Assembly: GCA_965601905.1 (NCBI GenBank)
Contig: CBFCXB010000002.1
Coordinates: forward strand, 1 to 35,350
DNA length: 35,350 bases
Source of the DNA: an uncultured bacterium
Lineage (GTDB): Bacteria > Krumholzibacteriota > Krumholzibacteriia > Krumholzibacteriales > Krumholzibacteriaceae
Reading direction: 5' to 3'
Of this stretch, positions 1-9,304 are shown one piece after another (the stretch's first letter is position 1; every line of letters begins with the position of its first letter). The notes under the pieces were generated by a model. It searched no databases, had not been told where the DNA came from, and saw nothing but the letters and a program-made list of their open reading frames with translations. The position numbers and the translations under genes were made by a program.

Positions 1-366
1 AGGCGGTTCGAGTGCCGCACAATCGGGCTGACAATGCCGCGCGAGAAGCTCTACGCGCGGATCAATGAGCGGACGAGGAAGATGCTGACTGGTGGGTGGA
101 TTGAGGAGGTGGAGCGGTTGCTCAAAGGAGGGGCCGATCCAGCGTGGCCAGGCCTAGGGAGTCTTGGATATCCCGAGGTGATATCACTGATCCGGGGGCT
201 TCTCACGCGGGACGAGACATTCGAGCGGGTAGCGAGGCTCACGCGGCAATACGCCAAGCGGCAATTGACGTGGTTCAAGAAGGTCGAGGGGGTGAGCTGG
301 TTCGATGCGGATTGTCAAGACCTTGCCCAACTCGTTTTCGCCTGGCTTCCCGCGCAGCCTGAGTAA
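1..366 (+). CDS. miaA: tRNA dimethylallyltransferase MiaA, 3' part (5' end outside the window)
   Basis: Frame 1 is open from nt 1. The tail (LYARINERTRKML..GWIEEVERLL...TRQYAKRQLTWFKK) matches the conserved MiaA C-terminal helices. Stop TAA at 364-366. Confidence 0.8.
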   Translation, partial: RRFECRTIGLTMPREKLYARINERTRKMLTGGWIEEVERLLKGGADPAWPGLGSLGYPEVISLIRGLLTRDETFERVARLTRQYAKRQLTWFKKVEGVSWFDADCQDLAQLVFAWLPAQPE

Positions 367-487
367 CGGCGCACGATCCGCGACCGGTCACCCGGGCAGG
401 ATACCATGAGACGTGCGGCCAGCAATTCAACCTTGACAGCTACAATGCCAGTTGGTACCTTTTCCGTTGATAGAAAAGAGGATACAA

Positions 488-560
488 GCGGGCATAACTC
501 AGTTGGTAGAGTATCAGCTTCCCAAGCTGAGGGTCGCGGGTTCGAATCCCGTTGCCCGCT
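488..560 (+). tRNA. tRNA-Gly (anticodon CCC)
   Basis: Hand-folded cloverleaf: acceptor GCGGGCA/TGCCCGC, D arm ACTC-AGTTGGTA-GAGT, anticodon arm TCAGC-TTCCCAA-GCTGA, T arm GCGGG-TTCGAAT-CCCGT, discriminator T. CCA is not encoded. Confidence 0.9.
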
Positions 561-570
561 CATGAACGGC

Positions 571-606
571 GCCCCCGGGAGGATGTGATCTCTCGGGGGC
601 TTCTTC
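571..606 (+). terminator. GC-rich hairpin plus T-rich tail downstream of tRNA-Gly (putative intrinsic terminator or processing structure)
   Basis: GCCCCCGGGAG (571-581) pairs with CTCTCGGGGGC (590-600): 11 bp with one G-U and an 8-nt loop, followed by TTCTTC. Confidence 0.45.
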
Positions 607-616
607 GCGGTGAATC

Positions 617-1927
617 ATGCCTGTGCGAATAACAGATGTCGCTGGAAAATCTCGATTCTTCCGCAATGGGGACGAGATCGTCTCGATCGATGGGATGCCG
701 GTCGAGGATCAGCTCGATATCCTCTTCTTGACGGGGGAGGAGCAGCGGAGCGCTCACTTCGCCGTGCGCCGCGCCGACGGCACGGCCGCTTCGCGGTTGT
801 TGACGATCAGATCGTTCGTGCAAGCGCGGCTTGTGTTCGAGGCGATGCAGTTCAAACGTTGCCGCAGCCGGTGCATCTTCTGCTTCGTCGATCAGATGCC
901 TCCCGGGCTTAGACCGACGCTGTACGAGAAGGACGACGATTACCGGCTCAGTTTCCTTTATGGAAACTACATCACCCTGAACGATGTCGGCGACCGTGAG
1001 ATCGAAAGAATGCTTTCGCTCCATCTCTCGCCGCTCTACGTCTCGGTGCACGCCGTTCGCAGACGTGTTCGCGAGCGTCTCTTCGGACGACACATGCGCG
1101 GAGATTTACTGGAAACAATCTCACGGCTGGCCGGCGGGGGAGTGACGATCCACGCCCAGGTGGTGCTTTTGCCCGGTGTAAATGACGGGCCCATTCTCGA
1201 TGAAACGGTCGATGCCCTCTTCGATTTCTATCCCGCGGTCCGCTCGGTCGCTGTTGTACCTGTCGGACTGACAAGGCACCGCGATACGCTCCCCCGTATC
1301 GAGCGCGTGGGAGAACGAACGGCTCGTGCGCTGATACGGTGGGCCGAGAAGAGGCGTGATTCGTTCGTGTCTCTGACGGGAGGTGATCATTTTCTCTGCC
1401 TTTCAGACGAATGGTATCTGCTCGCGCGAAGAAAACTGCCGCCGCTCGAATCGTACGGAGAGCTCTGGCAACTCGCCAATGGTGTCGGAATGTGCCGCAC
1501 GTTTCTCGAATCGATACGGCAGGATGTACGCCGGTTGCGTGATCGAAAATCACGGCCCGTGGATATGACGATCGTCACCGGCACCCTGGGCGGACGGTTT
1601 CTGCGCCGGTACGTCCTCCCGCTTCTCGCCTCACACCTGCCCGCGTTCGCGGTGAAGCTCCTCGTTGTGAGAAACCGTCTCTTCGGAAGCTCGGTCGGCG
1701 TCTCCGGCCTCCTTGCCGGCAGGGACATCATCAACGCATTCCGGCGCCGGGGAACGGAAACGGGTTGCCTCGTGCTGCCGCCGAACGCGGTCAACTATAG
1801 AGGTCTTCTCATCGACGACTTCAGCCCGGATGGTATCGGGCGCAAGCTCGGTTTTCCCGTGCTGGTACCCGAATGCACGTTTCTCGAGGACCGGATCGTG
1901 CAAACCTGCGGGGGAGGCACTCGATGA
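617..1927 (+). CDS. DUF512-type radical-SAM-like protein with N-terminal PDZ-like segment
   Basis: CX3CX2C motif (CRSRCIFC). PDZ-like GDEIVSIDGMPVEDQLD. Conserved block DDDYRLSFLYGNYITLN. The position directly upstream of der-plsY-gpsA is typical for this family. Its stop overlaps the der start (ATGA). Confidence 0.75.
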   Translation: MPVRITDVAGKSRFFRNGDEIVSIDGMPVEDQLDILFLTGEEQRSAHFAVRRADGTAASRLLTIRSFVQARLVFEAMQFKRCRSRCIFCFVDQMPPGLRPTLYEKDDDYRLSFLYGNYITLNDVGDREIERMLSLHLSPLYVSVHAVRRRVRERLFGRHMRGDLLETISRLAGGGVTIHAQVVLLPGVNDGPILDETVDALFDFYPAVRSVAVVPVGLTRHRDTLPRIERVGERTARALIRWAEKRRDSFVSLTGGDHFLCLSDEWYLLARRKLPPLESYGELWQLANGVGMCRTFLESIRQDVRRLRDRKSRPVDMTIVTGTLGGRFLRRYVLPLLASHLPAFAVKLLVVRNRLFGSSVGVSGLLAGRDIINAFRRRGTETGCLVLPPNAVNYRGLLIDDFSPDGIGRKLGFPVLVPECTFLEDRIVQTCGGGTR

Positions 1928-3246
1928 AGCGTCCGGTATTGGTTGCGATTGTGGGTAAACCCAATGTCGGTAAATCGACGCTGTTCAACCGTATCGTGGG
2001 CGCCCGAACGGCGATAACGCACGTCACTCCCGGCGTGACCAGGGACCGCCTGGAGGAACGGGTGAACTGGAACGGTGTACCCTTTGTACTCGTCGATACC
2101 GGTGGATTCAGCACGGGGGACGACGATCCGCTCCACCGGGAGATCTCGGAACGCGTGCGGAAAACCGCGGCGGAAGCTGCCGTTGTCATGTTTGTCGTCG
2201 ATGTCGATACGGGACCGACCATTGAAGATGAAGAGCTTCTGAGGAGCCTCCGTCCGCACCTCGGCAGGACGATACTCGTCGTCAACAAGGTCGAGAACGA
2301 CGCTGATCGGTGGTCCGCACACGAATTCCACCGGCTCGGCATTCAGACGATGTTCACGATCAGCGCCCTGCACGGTACCGGGATCGGCGAGCTTCTCGAC
2401 GAAATCGTTTCGCGTCTTCCCCAGCGCCATCTGCCGTCGGAGGAATCCGCGCTCAGGATCGCCATCCTCGGCAAACCGAACGTGGGGAAGAGTTCGCTGG
2501 CGAATGCGTTGGTCGGCGATGACCGGCACATCGTCTCCGAGGAGCCGGGGACGACGAGGGACGCAATCAATCTCCGCCTCCGCTACCACGGCACGGAGAT
2601 CATTCTCGTCGACACAGCAGGGATCAAGCGACGATCGCGCACGGAACGGGGATTGCATTCGATCAGCAGTATGAAAAGCCTTCGGACGGTGCGCTCAGCC
2701 GATATCGTGCTCGTCGTTATCGATGCCGAGGTCGATATTTCGCGGCAGGACGTGCGGATCGCAGCCGCCCCTCACCGGGAGCGCAAGGGGGTCGTCATTA
2801 TCCTCAACAAGTGGGACCTGGCCGGGGCCGGGAGCGGTGTCGGTGATTACGAGCGGTTCATGGAGAAGGTCCGGGACAGCGTGCCGTTCCTCTCTTACGC
2901 GCCGGTGCTTTCCGTATCGGCACTCACGGGGCTTCGCGTCGGTAAAATCTTTCCGATCTGTTTCTCGATCCAGGCTGAGCGGACGAAACGTATCACCACA
3001 TCGGCACTCAACCGAATGCTCGAAGAGGTCACGAGTCATAATCCGCCGAAATATTTCGGCGGAGGTACCGGGAAGATCTTCTACGCGACGCAAACAGGTA
3101 TATGTCCGCCCACCTTCACCCTTTTTGTGAACAAAGCGAGTTATTTTCCTCGTTCCTATAGACGTTATATCAATAATCAAATAAGAAAAAGGTTTACCTT
3201 CGAAGGGACTGCCATTACACTGAACCTCAGGTCCAAGGAGACGTAG
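1924..3246 (+). CDS. der: ribosome-associated GTPase Der/EngA (two tandem GTPase domains plus KH-like domain)
   Basis: Two P-loops (GKPNVGKST at both domain starts), DTGG and DTAG switch motifs, NKVE and NKWD. Start chosen at ATG 1924 (MKRPVLVAIVGKPNVGKSTLFNR), not the upstream ORF-track start. Confidence 0.95.
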   Translation: MKRPVLVAIVGKPNVGKSTLFNRIVGARTAITHVTPGVTRDRLEERVNWNGVPFVLVDTGGFSTGDDDPLHREISERVRKTAAEAAVVMFVVDVDTGPTIEDEELLRSLRPHLGRTILVVNKVENDADRWSAHEFHRLGIQTMFTISALHGTGIGELLDEIVSRLPQRHLPSEESALRIAILGKPNVGKSSLANALVGDDRHIVSEEPGTTRDAINLRLRYHGTEIILVDTAGIKRRSRTERGLHSISSMKSLRTVRSADIVLVVIDAEVDISRQDVRIAAAPHRERKGVVIILNKWDLAGAGSGVGDYERFMEKVRDSVPFLSYAPVLSVSALTGLRVGKIFPICFSIQAERTKRITTSALNRMLEEVTSHNPPKYFGGGTGKIFYATQTGICPPTFTLFVNKASYFPRSYRRYINNQIRKRFTFEGTAITLNLRSKET

Positions 3247-3248
3247 GT

Positions 3249-3926
3249 ATGGAGTTGATTTGGCGTATCGCTCTCGTCGTTGTGCCGAGTTACGGCATCG
3301 GGGCGATACCGTCCAGCTACATAGTGGGTTCGGCGTTCCATGGTATCGACCTCAGGGAGCACGGGAGCAGAAATCTTGGCGCGGCAAACACTTACCGGGT
3401 GCTCGGCCCGATGTCCGCAATTCCGGTGCTTCTGTTCGATATACTCAAAGGATTCCTTGCTGTCAGATTCTTCGCCGGCTTCGGGGGACAGGATTTCATA
3501 TTCCCGCTCCTCGCCGCCCTCATCGTCGTTCTCGGCCACAACTACTCGGTCTTCGTACGATTTTCCGGGGGGAAGGGGGTAGCCACCACCGCCGGCGCCT
3601 TTCTCGCGCTGGTCCCGTATGCCGTCGTGATGAGTTTCATACTGTGGACCGTCCTCCTGCTCGTCTTCAGGATCGTGTCCGTGGCGAGCATGGCAGGGAC
3701 GGTATTTCTCGCACCGGCGATCCTGATCTCCGACAGGTATCTCGGCAGCAAGACGCACCCCTCCATTATCATTCTGTCGATTATCGCGGCCGTTCTCGTC
3801 ATATACAAACACCGTTCGAATATTCGGCGACTCCTGAGAGGAGAGGAGATGAAGCTATTCGGTGGTGGGAGCGCTGCAGGCAAGAAGAAAGAGAATGCCA
3901 CGGACAAGAAGAAAGAGATCGGATGA
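3249..3926 (+). CDS. plsY: glycerol-3-phosphate acyltransferase PlsY
   Basis: Polytopic membrane protein with PlsY blocks GSRNLGAANTYRVLG and GHNYSVFVRFSGGKGVATTAG. Lys-rich C-terminal tail. Confidence 0.9.
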   Translation: MELIWRIALVVVPSYGIGAIPSSYIVGSAFHGIDLREHGSRNLGAANTYRVLGPMSAIPVLLFDILKGFLAVRFFAGFGGQDFIFPLLAALIVVLGHNYSVFVRFSGGKGVATTAGAFLALVPYAVVMSFILWTVLLLVFRIVSVASMAGTVFLAPAILISDRYLGSKTHPSIIILSIIAAVLVIYKHRSNIRRLLRGEEMKLFGGGSAAGKKKENATDKKKEIG

Positions 3927-3927
3927 T

Positions 3928-4956
3928 ATGAAGAGAAAAATCCAGAAACGTTCCGTACATCTATCGGTACTCGGTGCGGGCAGTTGGGGCACAACGCTGG
4001 CGCTGCTTCTCGAGGGGAAAGGATACCGCACGGTTCTCTGGGAGCATTTCCCCGATCTGGCCGCGCGCCTCATTGCTGATCGGGAGAACCGCCGTTTTCT
4101 CCCGGGAGTGGCGATTCCCGGATCGATCAAGATCACCTCGGTACTCGAAGAAGCCCTGGCGGGGGCCACGCACCTGATATTCGCAACGCCCAGTCATACG
4201 ATCAGAAACACGGCACGACTCGCGGTCTCCTCGGCTTCCTACAACGATAAAGCCGTAATCATCAATGTCGCAAAGGGACTTGAGGAGAAAACGTTGTGCA
4301 GGATGAGTGAGGTGCTGGGCCAGGAATTGCCGCAGCCTCCGGAAACGATCGTCGGTCTCCTCGGTCCTAGCCATGCCGAGGAAGTGAGCCGCCGGATGCC
4401 CACATCGATCGTCGTGGCGGGTCCAGACCAGTCGATACTCGAGGAGATACAGCACATCTTCATGACCGAACATTTCCGAGTCTATACCAATACGGATCTT
4501 GTGGGAGTCGAGCTGGGGGTATCCCTCAAGAATACCATAGCGATCGCCGCCGGTATCTGCGACGGACTCGGCTTCGGAGACAATACCAAGGCCGCGCTGT
4601 TAACGCGTGGACTCGCCGAGACGAAGCGGCTCTCATGCAAGCTTGGCGCGCGTGAAGAAACACTCAGCGGGCTGGCGGGTGTCGGGGATCTGATCGTAAC
4701 CAGTATGAGCCGCCACAGCAGGAACCGGTATGTAGGAGAGCAGATCGGAAATGGCAGGAAACTGAAGGATATACTCGCCGAGATGGTTATGGTCGCCGAG
4801 GGCGTGAAGACGACAAAGGCGGCGGTCAAGCTCGCGTCAAAGGTGGGCGTAGAGCTGCCGATCGCCGAGCAGGTATACAAGGTGCTGTTCTACGGAAAAA
4901 ATCCGAGAAGGGCGATAAGAGATTTGATGGTCAGAAAAGCGAAGAAAGAGATGTAA
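3928..4956 (+). CDS. gpsA: NAD(P)H-dependent glycerol-3-phosphate dehydrogenase
   Basis: Rossmann motif VLGAGSWGTTLA and the conserved blocks NVAKGLE, KNTIAIAAGICDGLGFGDNTKAAL, GDLIVTSMSRHSRNR. ATG 3928 sits 1 nt after the plsY stop. Confidence 0.9.
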   Translation: MKRKIQKRSVHLSVLGAGSWGTTLALLLEGKGYRTVLWEHFPDLAARLIADRENRRFLPGVAIPGSIKITSVLEEALAGATHLIFATPSHTIRNTARLAVSSASYNDKAVIINVAKGLEEKTLCRMSEVLGQELPQPPETIVGLLGPSHAEEVSRRMPTSIVVAGPDQSILEEIQHIFMTEHFRVYTNTDLVGVELGVSLKNTIAIAAGICDGLGFGDNTKAALLTRGLAETKRLSCKLGAREETLSGLAGVGDLIVTSMSRHSRNRYVGEQIGNGRKLKDILAEMVMVAEGVKTTKAAVKLASKVGVELPIAEQVYKVLFYGKNPRRAIRDLMVRKAKKEM

Positions 4957-5007
4957 CGGGGAAATCTCCCAGCAACCTGTGATTCCGAGTCGAGAGGTGA
5001 TGATACA

Positions 5008-5373
5008 ATGAAAAGCGGTACGCAAAAACTCTACTACTCTATCGGGGAGGTCAGCGAACTCCTCGATGTAAAATCGCACGTACTCCGCTACTGGGAGACG
5101 CAATTCCCGATGCTCAAACCGAAAAAGAACCGGGCGGGAAACAGGACATATCGAGTGCGTGATATCAAAATCCTCCTGACCATTAAAAACCTCCTGTACG
5201 AGAAGGGATTCACGATCGCCGGGGCGCGGCAGAAACTGCGGGAATCGAACAACAATCCGGATGTTCTGATCGAACAGTTGAACATACCTTTCGGCAGTCC
5301 CGAGAAACGAAGTGCGCTCCTTTCAATCAAGAGAGATCTGATCGAACTCAAAGAACTAGTCGATCAGCTCTAG
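5008..5373 (+). CDS. MerR-family HTH transcriptional regulator (small, 121 aa)
   Basis: N-terminal MerR HTH: [69 protein letters not shown]. Confidence 0.8.
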   Translation: MKSGTQKLYYSIGEVSELLDVKSHVLRYWETQFPMLKPKKNRAGNRTYRVRDIKILLTIKNLLYEKGFTIAGARQKLRESNNNPDVLIEQLNIPFGSPEKRSALLSIKRDLIELKELVDQL

Positions 5374-5475
5374 CCCGCGGTAACGTCTCGCCCACCGTTT
5401 CGAAGGGATACTCTCATTCAGGACAGAGCGCGCGGCCACTCACCACGAACCGTTGTACGGAATTTGATTTTGCGC

Positions 5476-5505
5476 TTGAATTCGGTTTCAGCGCGGTGGT
5501 ACATT
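5476..5505 (+). promoter_or_regulatory. possible sigma-70-type promoter for tRNA-Pro(GGG)
   Basis: TTGAAT, 18 nt, TACATT, ending 10 nt before the mature tRNA 5' end. By-eye match only. Confidence 0.25.
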
Positions 5506-5515
5506 ACGTAGTGGT

Positions 5516-5592
5516 CGGGGCGTGGCGCAGTCCGGTAGCGCACTAGCATGGGGGGCTAGTGGTCGCTGGTTCAAATCCAGTCGCCCCGACCA
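5516..5592 (+). tRNA. tRNA-Pro (anticodon GGG), CCA encoded
   Basis: Acceptor CGGGGCG/CGCCCCG, D arm GCGC-AGTCCGGTA-GCGC, anticodon arm CTAGC-ATGGGGG-GCTAG, T arm GCTGG-TTCAAAT-CCAGT, discriminator A, CCA. Confidence 0.9.
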
Positions 5593-5612
5593 GATTCATA
5601 GTGATCATACAT

Positions 5613-6446
5613 ATGGTAACGTACCTCTTATATCTGATCGCCGCTCATCTCACCCGCATCGTTCCCCCACGTGTATCAGAGGGAATTGCATCGGCTATAG
5701 CCTTTCTTTTCTATATCTTCCGTCCCAGGATACGTTACAACGTGAAGCGCAACCTCGAGGCGCTGAATGTCCCGGACGGAAGCAGGTTCATCGTGTTTCG
5801 AAATTTTTCGAGGACGATCACGGACTTCCTGAGCTTGTCCCGGATCACGCGAAAGGAGCTGGTATCGTACTGCCGCATAGAGGGAAAGGAGCATCTCGAT
5901 CGCGCGCTGGAGGGGGGGAGCGGGGTCATTATCATCACGCCGCATCTCGGACCCTGGGAGGTTTCCGGCGCCTATCTCGCCTCGCTCGGCTATCGGATTC
6001 ACACCGTAGCACTGCCGCATCCGTCGAGAATGGTTACGCGATTCTTCAGCAAGCGGAGGGCGGCGTGGGGGATTCATGATTATCCCTTCGGCGAATCTAT
6101 TCCGCTTCTGCTCCGCGCGCTCCGCTTGGGAGAGATCGTCGTACTGCTCGTTGACAGGAACTACTCCAACAGAGGGATCACGCTCCCGTTTCTCGGCCGG
6201 GATGTAACGCTTCCGGATGGTCACATCATACTCGCCAAGCGGACGGGCGCCTCCTTGCTGCCAGGCTCGTGTTACTATGATAACGAGCGTTCGATCACGA
6301 TCCGTATCGAGGAACCAGTGGATATCACGAGATCGATCAACGATCCCGTCGAGATCGGTGTCAGGTGCCTCCATCGCATCGAACGGCACATAAGGCCGCA
6401 TTACGAACAGTGGTTTGCCTTCGATCATCTCTGGCCGGAGAAGTGA
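5613..6446 (+). CDS. lysophospholipid / lipid A-type acyltransferase (LpxL/HtrB family)
   Basis: N-terminal TM helix and the family active-site block ITPHLGPWE (H-x-G-x-W-E), then LVDRN. Start set at ATG 5613 because the longer ORF overlaps the tRNA. Confidence 0.7.
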   Translation: MVTYLLYLIAAHLTRIVPPRVSEGIASAIAFLFYIFRPRIRYNVKRNLEALNVPDGSRFIVFRNFSRTITDFLSLSRITRKELVSYCRIEGKEHLDRALEGGSGVIIITPHLGPWEVSGAYLASLGYRIHTVALPHPSRMVTRFFSKRRAAWGIHDYPFGESIPLLLRALRLGEIVVLLVDRNYSNRGITLPFLGRDVTLPDGHIILAKRTGASLLPGSCYYDNERSITIRIEEPVDITRSINDPVEIGVRCLHRIERHIRPHYEQWFAFDHLWPEK

Positions 6447-6447
6447 C

Positions 6448-7125
6448 ATGCAGGAACTGTTCGGCGCTGTGATACCGGCATGCAACGAGGAAGACCGTAT
6501 CGGCGATGTTCTCGATGGGATGAAGCGCTACATCCCGGCGGATCAGATCGTCGTCGTCGACGACGGATCGACGGACGGGACAGCCGCCGTGGCTGAAACC
6601 GCCGGTGTTCGGGTGCTCGCCCACCGGACAAACAGGGGTAAGGGAGTCGCTCTTCGTACGGGATTCGAATATCTGATGGCACGCCACGGGATCGAGGCGA
6701 TCTTCACGCTCGACGCGGACGGGCAGCACGATCCGGATGAGATTCCCGCATTTATCGAGCGATACCGGAAACGACGAGTCGACATTTTGATCGGGAACAG
6801 GATGTTCCGTACGAAAGGTATGCCGTTTATCAGATTGCTGACAAACCGGTTCACCTCGGGTGTTTTAAGCCTCAGAACGGGGTGCACGATCGAAGACAGC
6901 CAATCGGGTTACCGGCTCATCCGGTCGTCGCTGCTCCGCACGCTGGATTTCGTGACGGGGCATTTCGATCTTGAGAGCGAGCTCCTGATCAAGGCCGCCC
7001 TGCGTGGAGCCGTCATCGATTCGGTTCCCATCCGGACCATCTACATGGACGAGCGGAGCAGGATCAATCCCCTCAGGGACACGGTTCGATTTTTCATGCT
7101 GGTTCTGAGGAGCCTGTTCTGGTAG
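6448..7125 (+). CDS. family-2 glycosyltransferase
   Basis: GT-A signature AVIPACNEE...VVVDDGSTDGT...LDADGQHDP (DXD). ATG 6448 lies 1 nt after the acyltransferase stop. Confidence 0.8.
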   Translation: MQELFGAVIPACNEEDRIGDVLDGMKRYIPADQIVVVDDGSTDGTAAVAETAGVRVLAHRTNRGKGVALRTGFEYLMARHGIEAIFTLDADGQHDPDEIPAFIERYRKRRVDILIGNRMFRTKGMPFIRLLTNRFTSGVLSLRTGCTIEDSQSGYRLIRSSLLRTLDFVTGHFDLESELLIKAALRGAVIDSVPIRTIYMDERSRINPLRDTVRFFMLVLRSLFW

Positions 7126-7209
7126 AATGACCTCTTCCGGTCAGGGCCGGCCCGGGGCCCGGTAAGCGCTCAGTACCCGGGGGACATTCGGTGATACGGC
7201 AATCTCTCT

Positions 7210-7980
7210 ATGCGTGAAGACGACACACTCATACTCGCGACCAACGACGATGGGATCAGGGCGGAGGGCCTTCAGGTCCTCACCAATGCGCTCACCGGGC
7301 TCGGCAGAGTCGTCGTTGTCGCACCAGAACTGGAACAGAGTGCCTCGAGCCACGCCATCACACTCGACAAACCGCTTCGCATCAATGAATACGGGACAAA
7401 CAACTTCGGCGTTTCCGGAACCCCGACAGACTCCGTCCTGTTGGCAGTACGGGGCATTCTCGACCGGTATCCCGACCTGCTCGTCGCGGGCATCAACAAG
7501 GGACCGAACATGGGGGAGGATGTGACCTACTCGGGAACCGTTGCGGCCGCTATCGAAGGGAGCATTCTGGGGATACCCTCGATTGCGCTTTCGATGGCTT
7601 CCTGGGATTCCGTACCGCTTGATGTTGCGGCGGATGTTTCCCGCTATCTGTGCGCCGAGATGCTGAAACACGACATACCGCGCGGAAGCCTATGGAATGT
7701 CAACATTCCGCCGCTTCAGCGGGAGGAGCTCGAAGGAATCCGCATCACACGCCTCGGATCACGTGTATACAACGACGTGATCATCAAGAAGAAGGATCCG
7801 CGCGGCAAGGACTATTTCTGGATCGGAGGCGGTGATCCCGGTTGGGATGCCGGCAAGGACACCGATTTCACGGCGGTCACCGAGGGATACATATCGGTAA
7901 CGCCGCTCCGCCTCGATATGACCGACTGCAAGGCGATCCTCGACCTTAAGAAGTGGAACCTGAAATGGACCGAGAGGTAG
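7210..7980 (+). CDS. surE: 5'/3'-nucleotidase SurE
   Basis: LILATNDDGIRAEGL...VVVVAPELEQSASSHAITL...GINKGPNMGEDVTYSGTVAAA are the hallmark SurE blocks. Confidence 0.9.
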   Translation: MREDDTLILATNDDGIRAEGLQVLTNALTGLGRVVVVAPELEQSASSHAITLDKPLRINEYGTNNFGVSGTPTDSVLLAVRGILDRYPDLLVAGINKGPNMGEDVTYSGTVAAAIEGSILGIPSIALSMASWDSVPLDVAADVSRYLCAEMLKHDIPRGSLWNVNIPPLQREELEGIRITRLGSRVYNDVIIKKKDPRGKDYFWIGGGDPGWDAGKDTDFTAVTEGYISVTPLRLDMTDCKAILDLKKWNLKWTER

Positions 7981-8606
7981 ATTACACCATCGCGAGGCGG
8001 CGGATGGTGCGGGAACGACTGTATGCACGGGGGATCACCGATCGGCGTCTCCTGCACGCGTTCCTCCGGGTTCCGCGCCATGCATTCGTCGATGCGACGA
8101 TAGGATTACGGGCCTACGAGGATTGCTCGCTCCCGATCGGTTATTCGCAGACGATCTCGCAGCCGCATACGATTGCGTTTATGATCCAGAGCCTCGATAT
8201 ACGCGCTCACTGCCGCATCCTCGAGATCGGTACCGGATCGGGATATCAGACGGCGATCCTCTCACTGCTGGCGAGGGACGTTTTCACGATCGAGCGGTTG
8301 GAACAGCTTTCTCGCAAGGCGGAACAGACGCTGATGATGATCCCGACGGGGCGGATAAGGCTCAAGGTCGGGGACGGCGCCCTCGGGTGGGACTACTACG
8401 CACCGTTCGACCGCATCATTGTTTCAGCCGCAATGCACGAATGGCCAACCGATCTCCTCGAGCAACTTGATGACGGCGGCATGCTCATTGCCCCGATGGT
8501 GGAGAAGGTCGAATGTATCACCCTGTTTCACAAGATAGGCGATCGAGTGCAAACGCGGCGGCTCTCGCGCTGCGCATTCGTGCCGCTCGTCAAAGGAGTT
8601 GAATAG
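7953..8606 (+). CDS. pcm: protein-L-isoaspartate O-methyltransferase
   Basis: RRMVRERLYARGITDRRLLHAFLRVPRHAFV, TISQPHTIAFM, and the SAM motif ILEIGTGSGYQTAILS. The exact start is uncertain (ATG at 7953, 7965 or 8004), and the gene overlaps the surE end. Confidence 0.9.
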   Translation: MEPEMDREVDYTIARRRMVRERLYARGITDRRLLHAFLRVPRHAFVDATIGLRAYEDCSLPIGYSQTISQPHTIAFMIQSLDIRAHCRILEIGTGSGYQTAILSLLARDVFTIERLEQLSRKAEQTLMMIPTGRIRLKVGDGALGWDYYAPFDRIIVSAAMHEWPTDLLEQLDDGGMLIAPMVEKVECITLFHKIGDRVQTRRLSRCAFVPLVKGVE

Positions 8607-9172
8607 TGCCTTTTATTCTGACATCCACCGTGTTCAATATATCCCCGAAACTGATCACCGTCCTGATCGCCGCCCTTCCCATATTCGAATTGCGCGGGGC
8701 CATTCCGTACGCGATTCTGGCCGGCAAGCTCAGGTGGCCCGAGGCCTACCTATTAGCCGTTATCGGCAATTTCCTGCCGGTCATTCCGATCCTCTTGCTG
8801 CTCGAGCGCGTCTCGAACCGGCTGATGCGCTACCCCGCCTGGAATCGCTTTTTCACATGGCTGTTTGCACGGACAAGACGTCGGGGTAAGATGATTGAAC
8901 GTTTCGAAGCACTCGGACTCGCGATGTTCGTTGCGATACCGCTCCCAATCACCGGTGCCTGGACCGGATGCGTCGCCGCCTTTCTGTTCAAGATACCGTT
9001 GCGGATCGCTGTTCCGATGATCATCTGCGGCATACTGACCGCAGGCGTTATCGTGACGCTCGCAAGCCTGGGCGTTATTTCGTTTTGGGGCATTGAGCAG
9101 ATTGCGCAAATCGACATTTCGTACCGGTGCATGGCAACTTACCTGTTGCATATCGTCACGGTATCTTGTTAA
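8606..9172 (+). CDS. small polytopic membrane protein, COG2426 ('small multidrug export'-like) family
   Basis: ALPIFELRGAIPYAI near the N-terminus and 4-5 predicted TM helices. The GTG start overlaps the pcm stop (TAGTG). Confidence 0.6.
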   Translation: MPFILTSTVFNISPKLITVLIAALPIFELRGAIPYAILAGKLRWPEAYLLAVIGNFLPVIPILLLLERVSNRLMRYPAWNRFFTWLFARTRRRGKMIERFEALGLAMFVAIPLPITGAWTGCVAAFLFKIPLRIAVPMIICGILTAGVIVTLASLGVISFWGIEQIAQIDISYRCMATYLLHIVTVSC

Positions 9173-9218
9173 TATCATTGAGTTATAGGGTTGGGCGTGA
9201 TAGTGTCATGTTCGGTGT

Positions 9219-9296
9219 CGGGGCGTAGCGCAGTTCGGTTAGCGCGCCTGCTTCGGGAGCAGGAGGTCGCTGGTTCAAATCCAGTCGCCCCGACCA
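9219..9296 (+). tRNA. tRNA-Pro (anticodon CGG), CCA encoded
   Basis: Acceptor CGGGGCG/CGCCCCG, D arm GCGC-AGTTCGGTTA-GCGC, anticodon arm CCTGC-TTCGGGA-GCAGG, T arm GCTGG-TTCAAAT-CCAGT, A, CCA. Confidence 0.9.
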
Positions 9297-9304
9297 TTTA
9301 TCTA

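Noticed and set aside
3862-3927. Upstream extension of the gpsA ORF, plus the alternative-frame 223-aa ORF at 3260-3931
   Set aside because: Both overlap the plsY coding frame. The conserved GpsA N-terminus (Rossmann GAGSWG) begins just after ATG 3928, which sits 1 nt after the plsY stop.
5561-5592. 32-nt exact repeat with 9265-9296 (it also produces the similar '[10 protein letters not shown]' peptides in the ORF track)
   Set aside because: It is simply the identical variable-loop, T-arm, acceptor and CCA portion of the two tRNA-Pro isoacceptors. It is not a mobile-element or att repeat, and no integrase or compositional shift is associated with it.
7126-7209. GC-rich palindromes after the GT2 gene (TGACC..GGTCA, GGGCCGGCCC, two CCCGGG), considered as a terminator
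   Set aside because: The stems are short and no U-tract follows. surE starts 84 nt later on the same strand, so read-through is likely.
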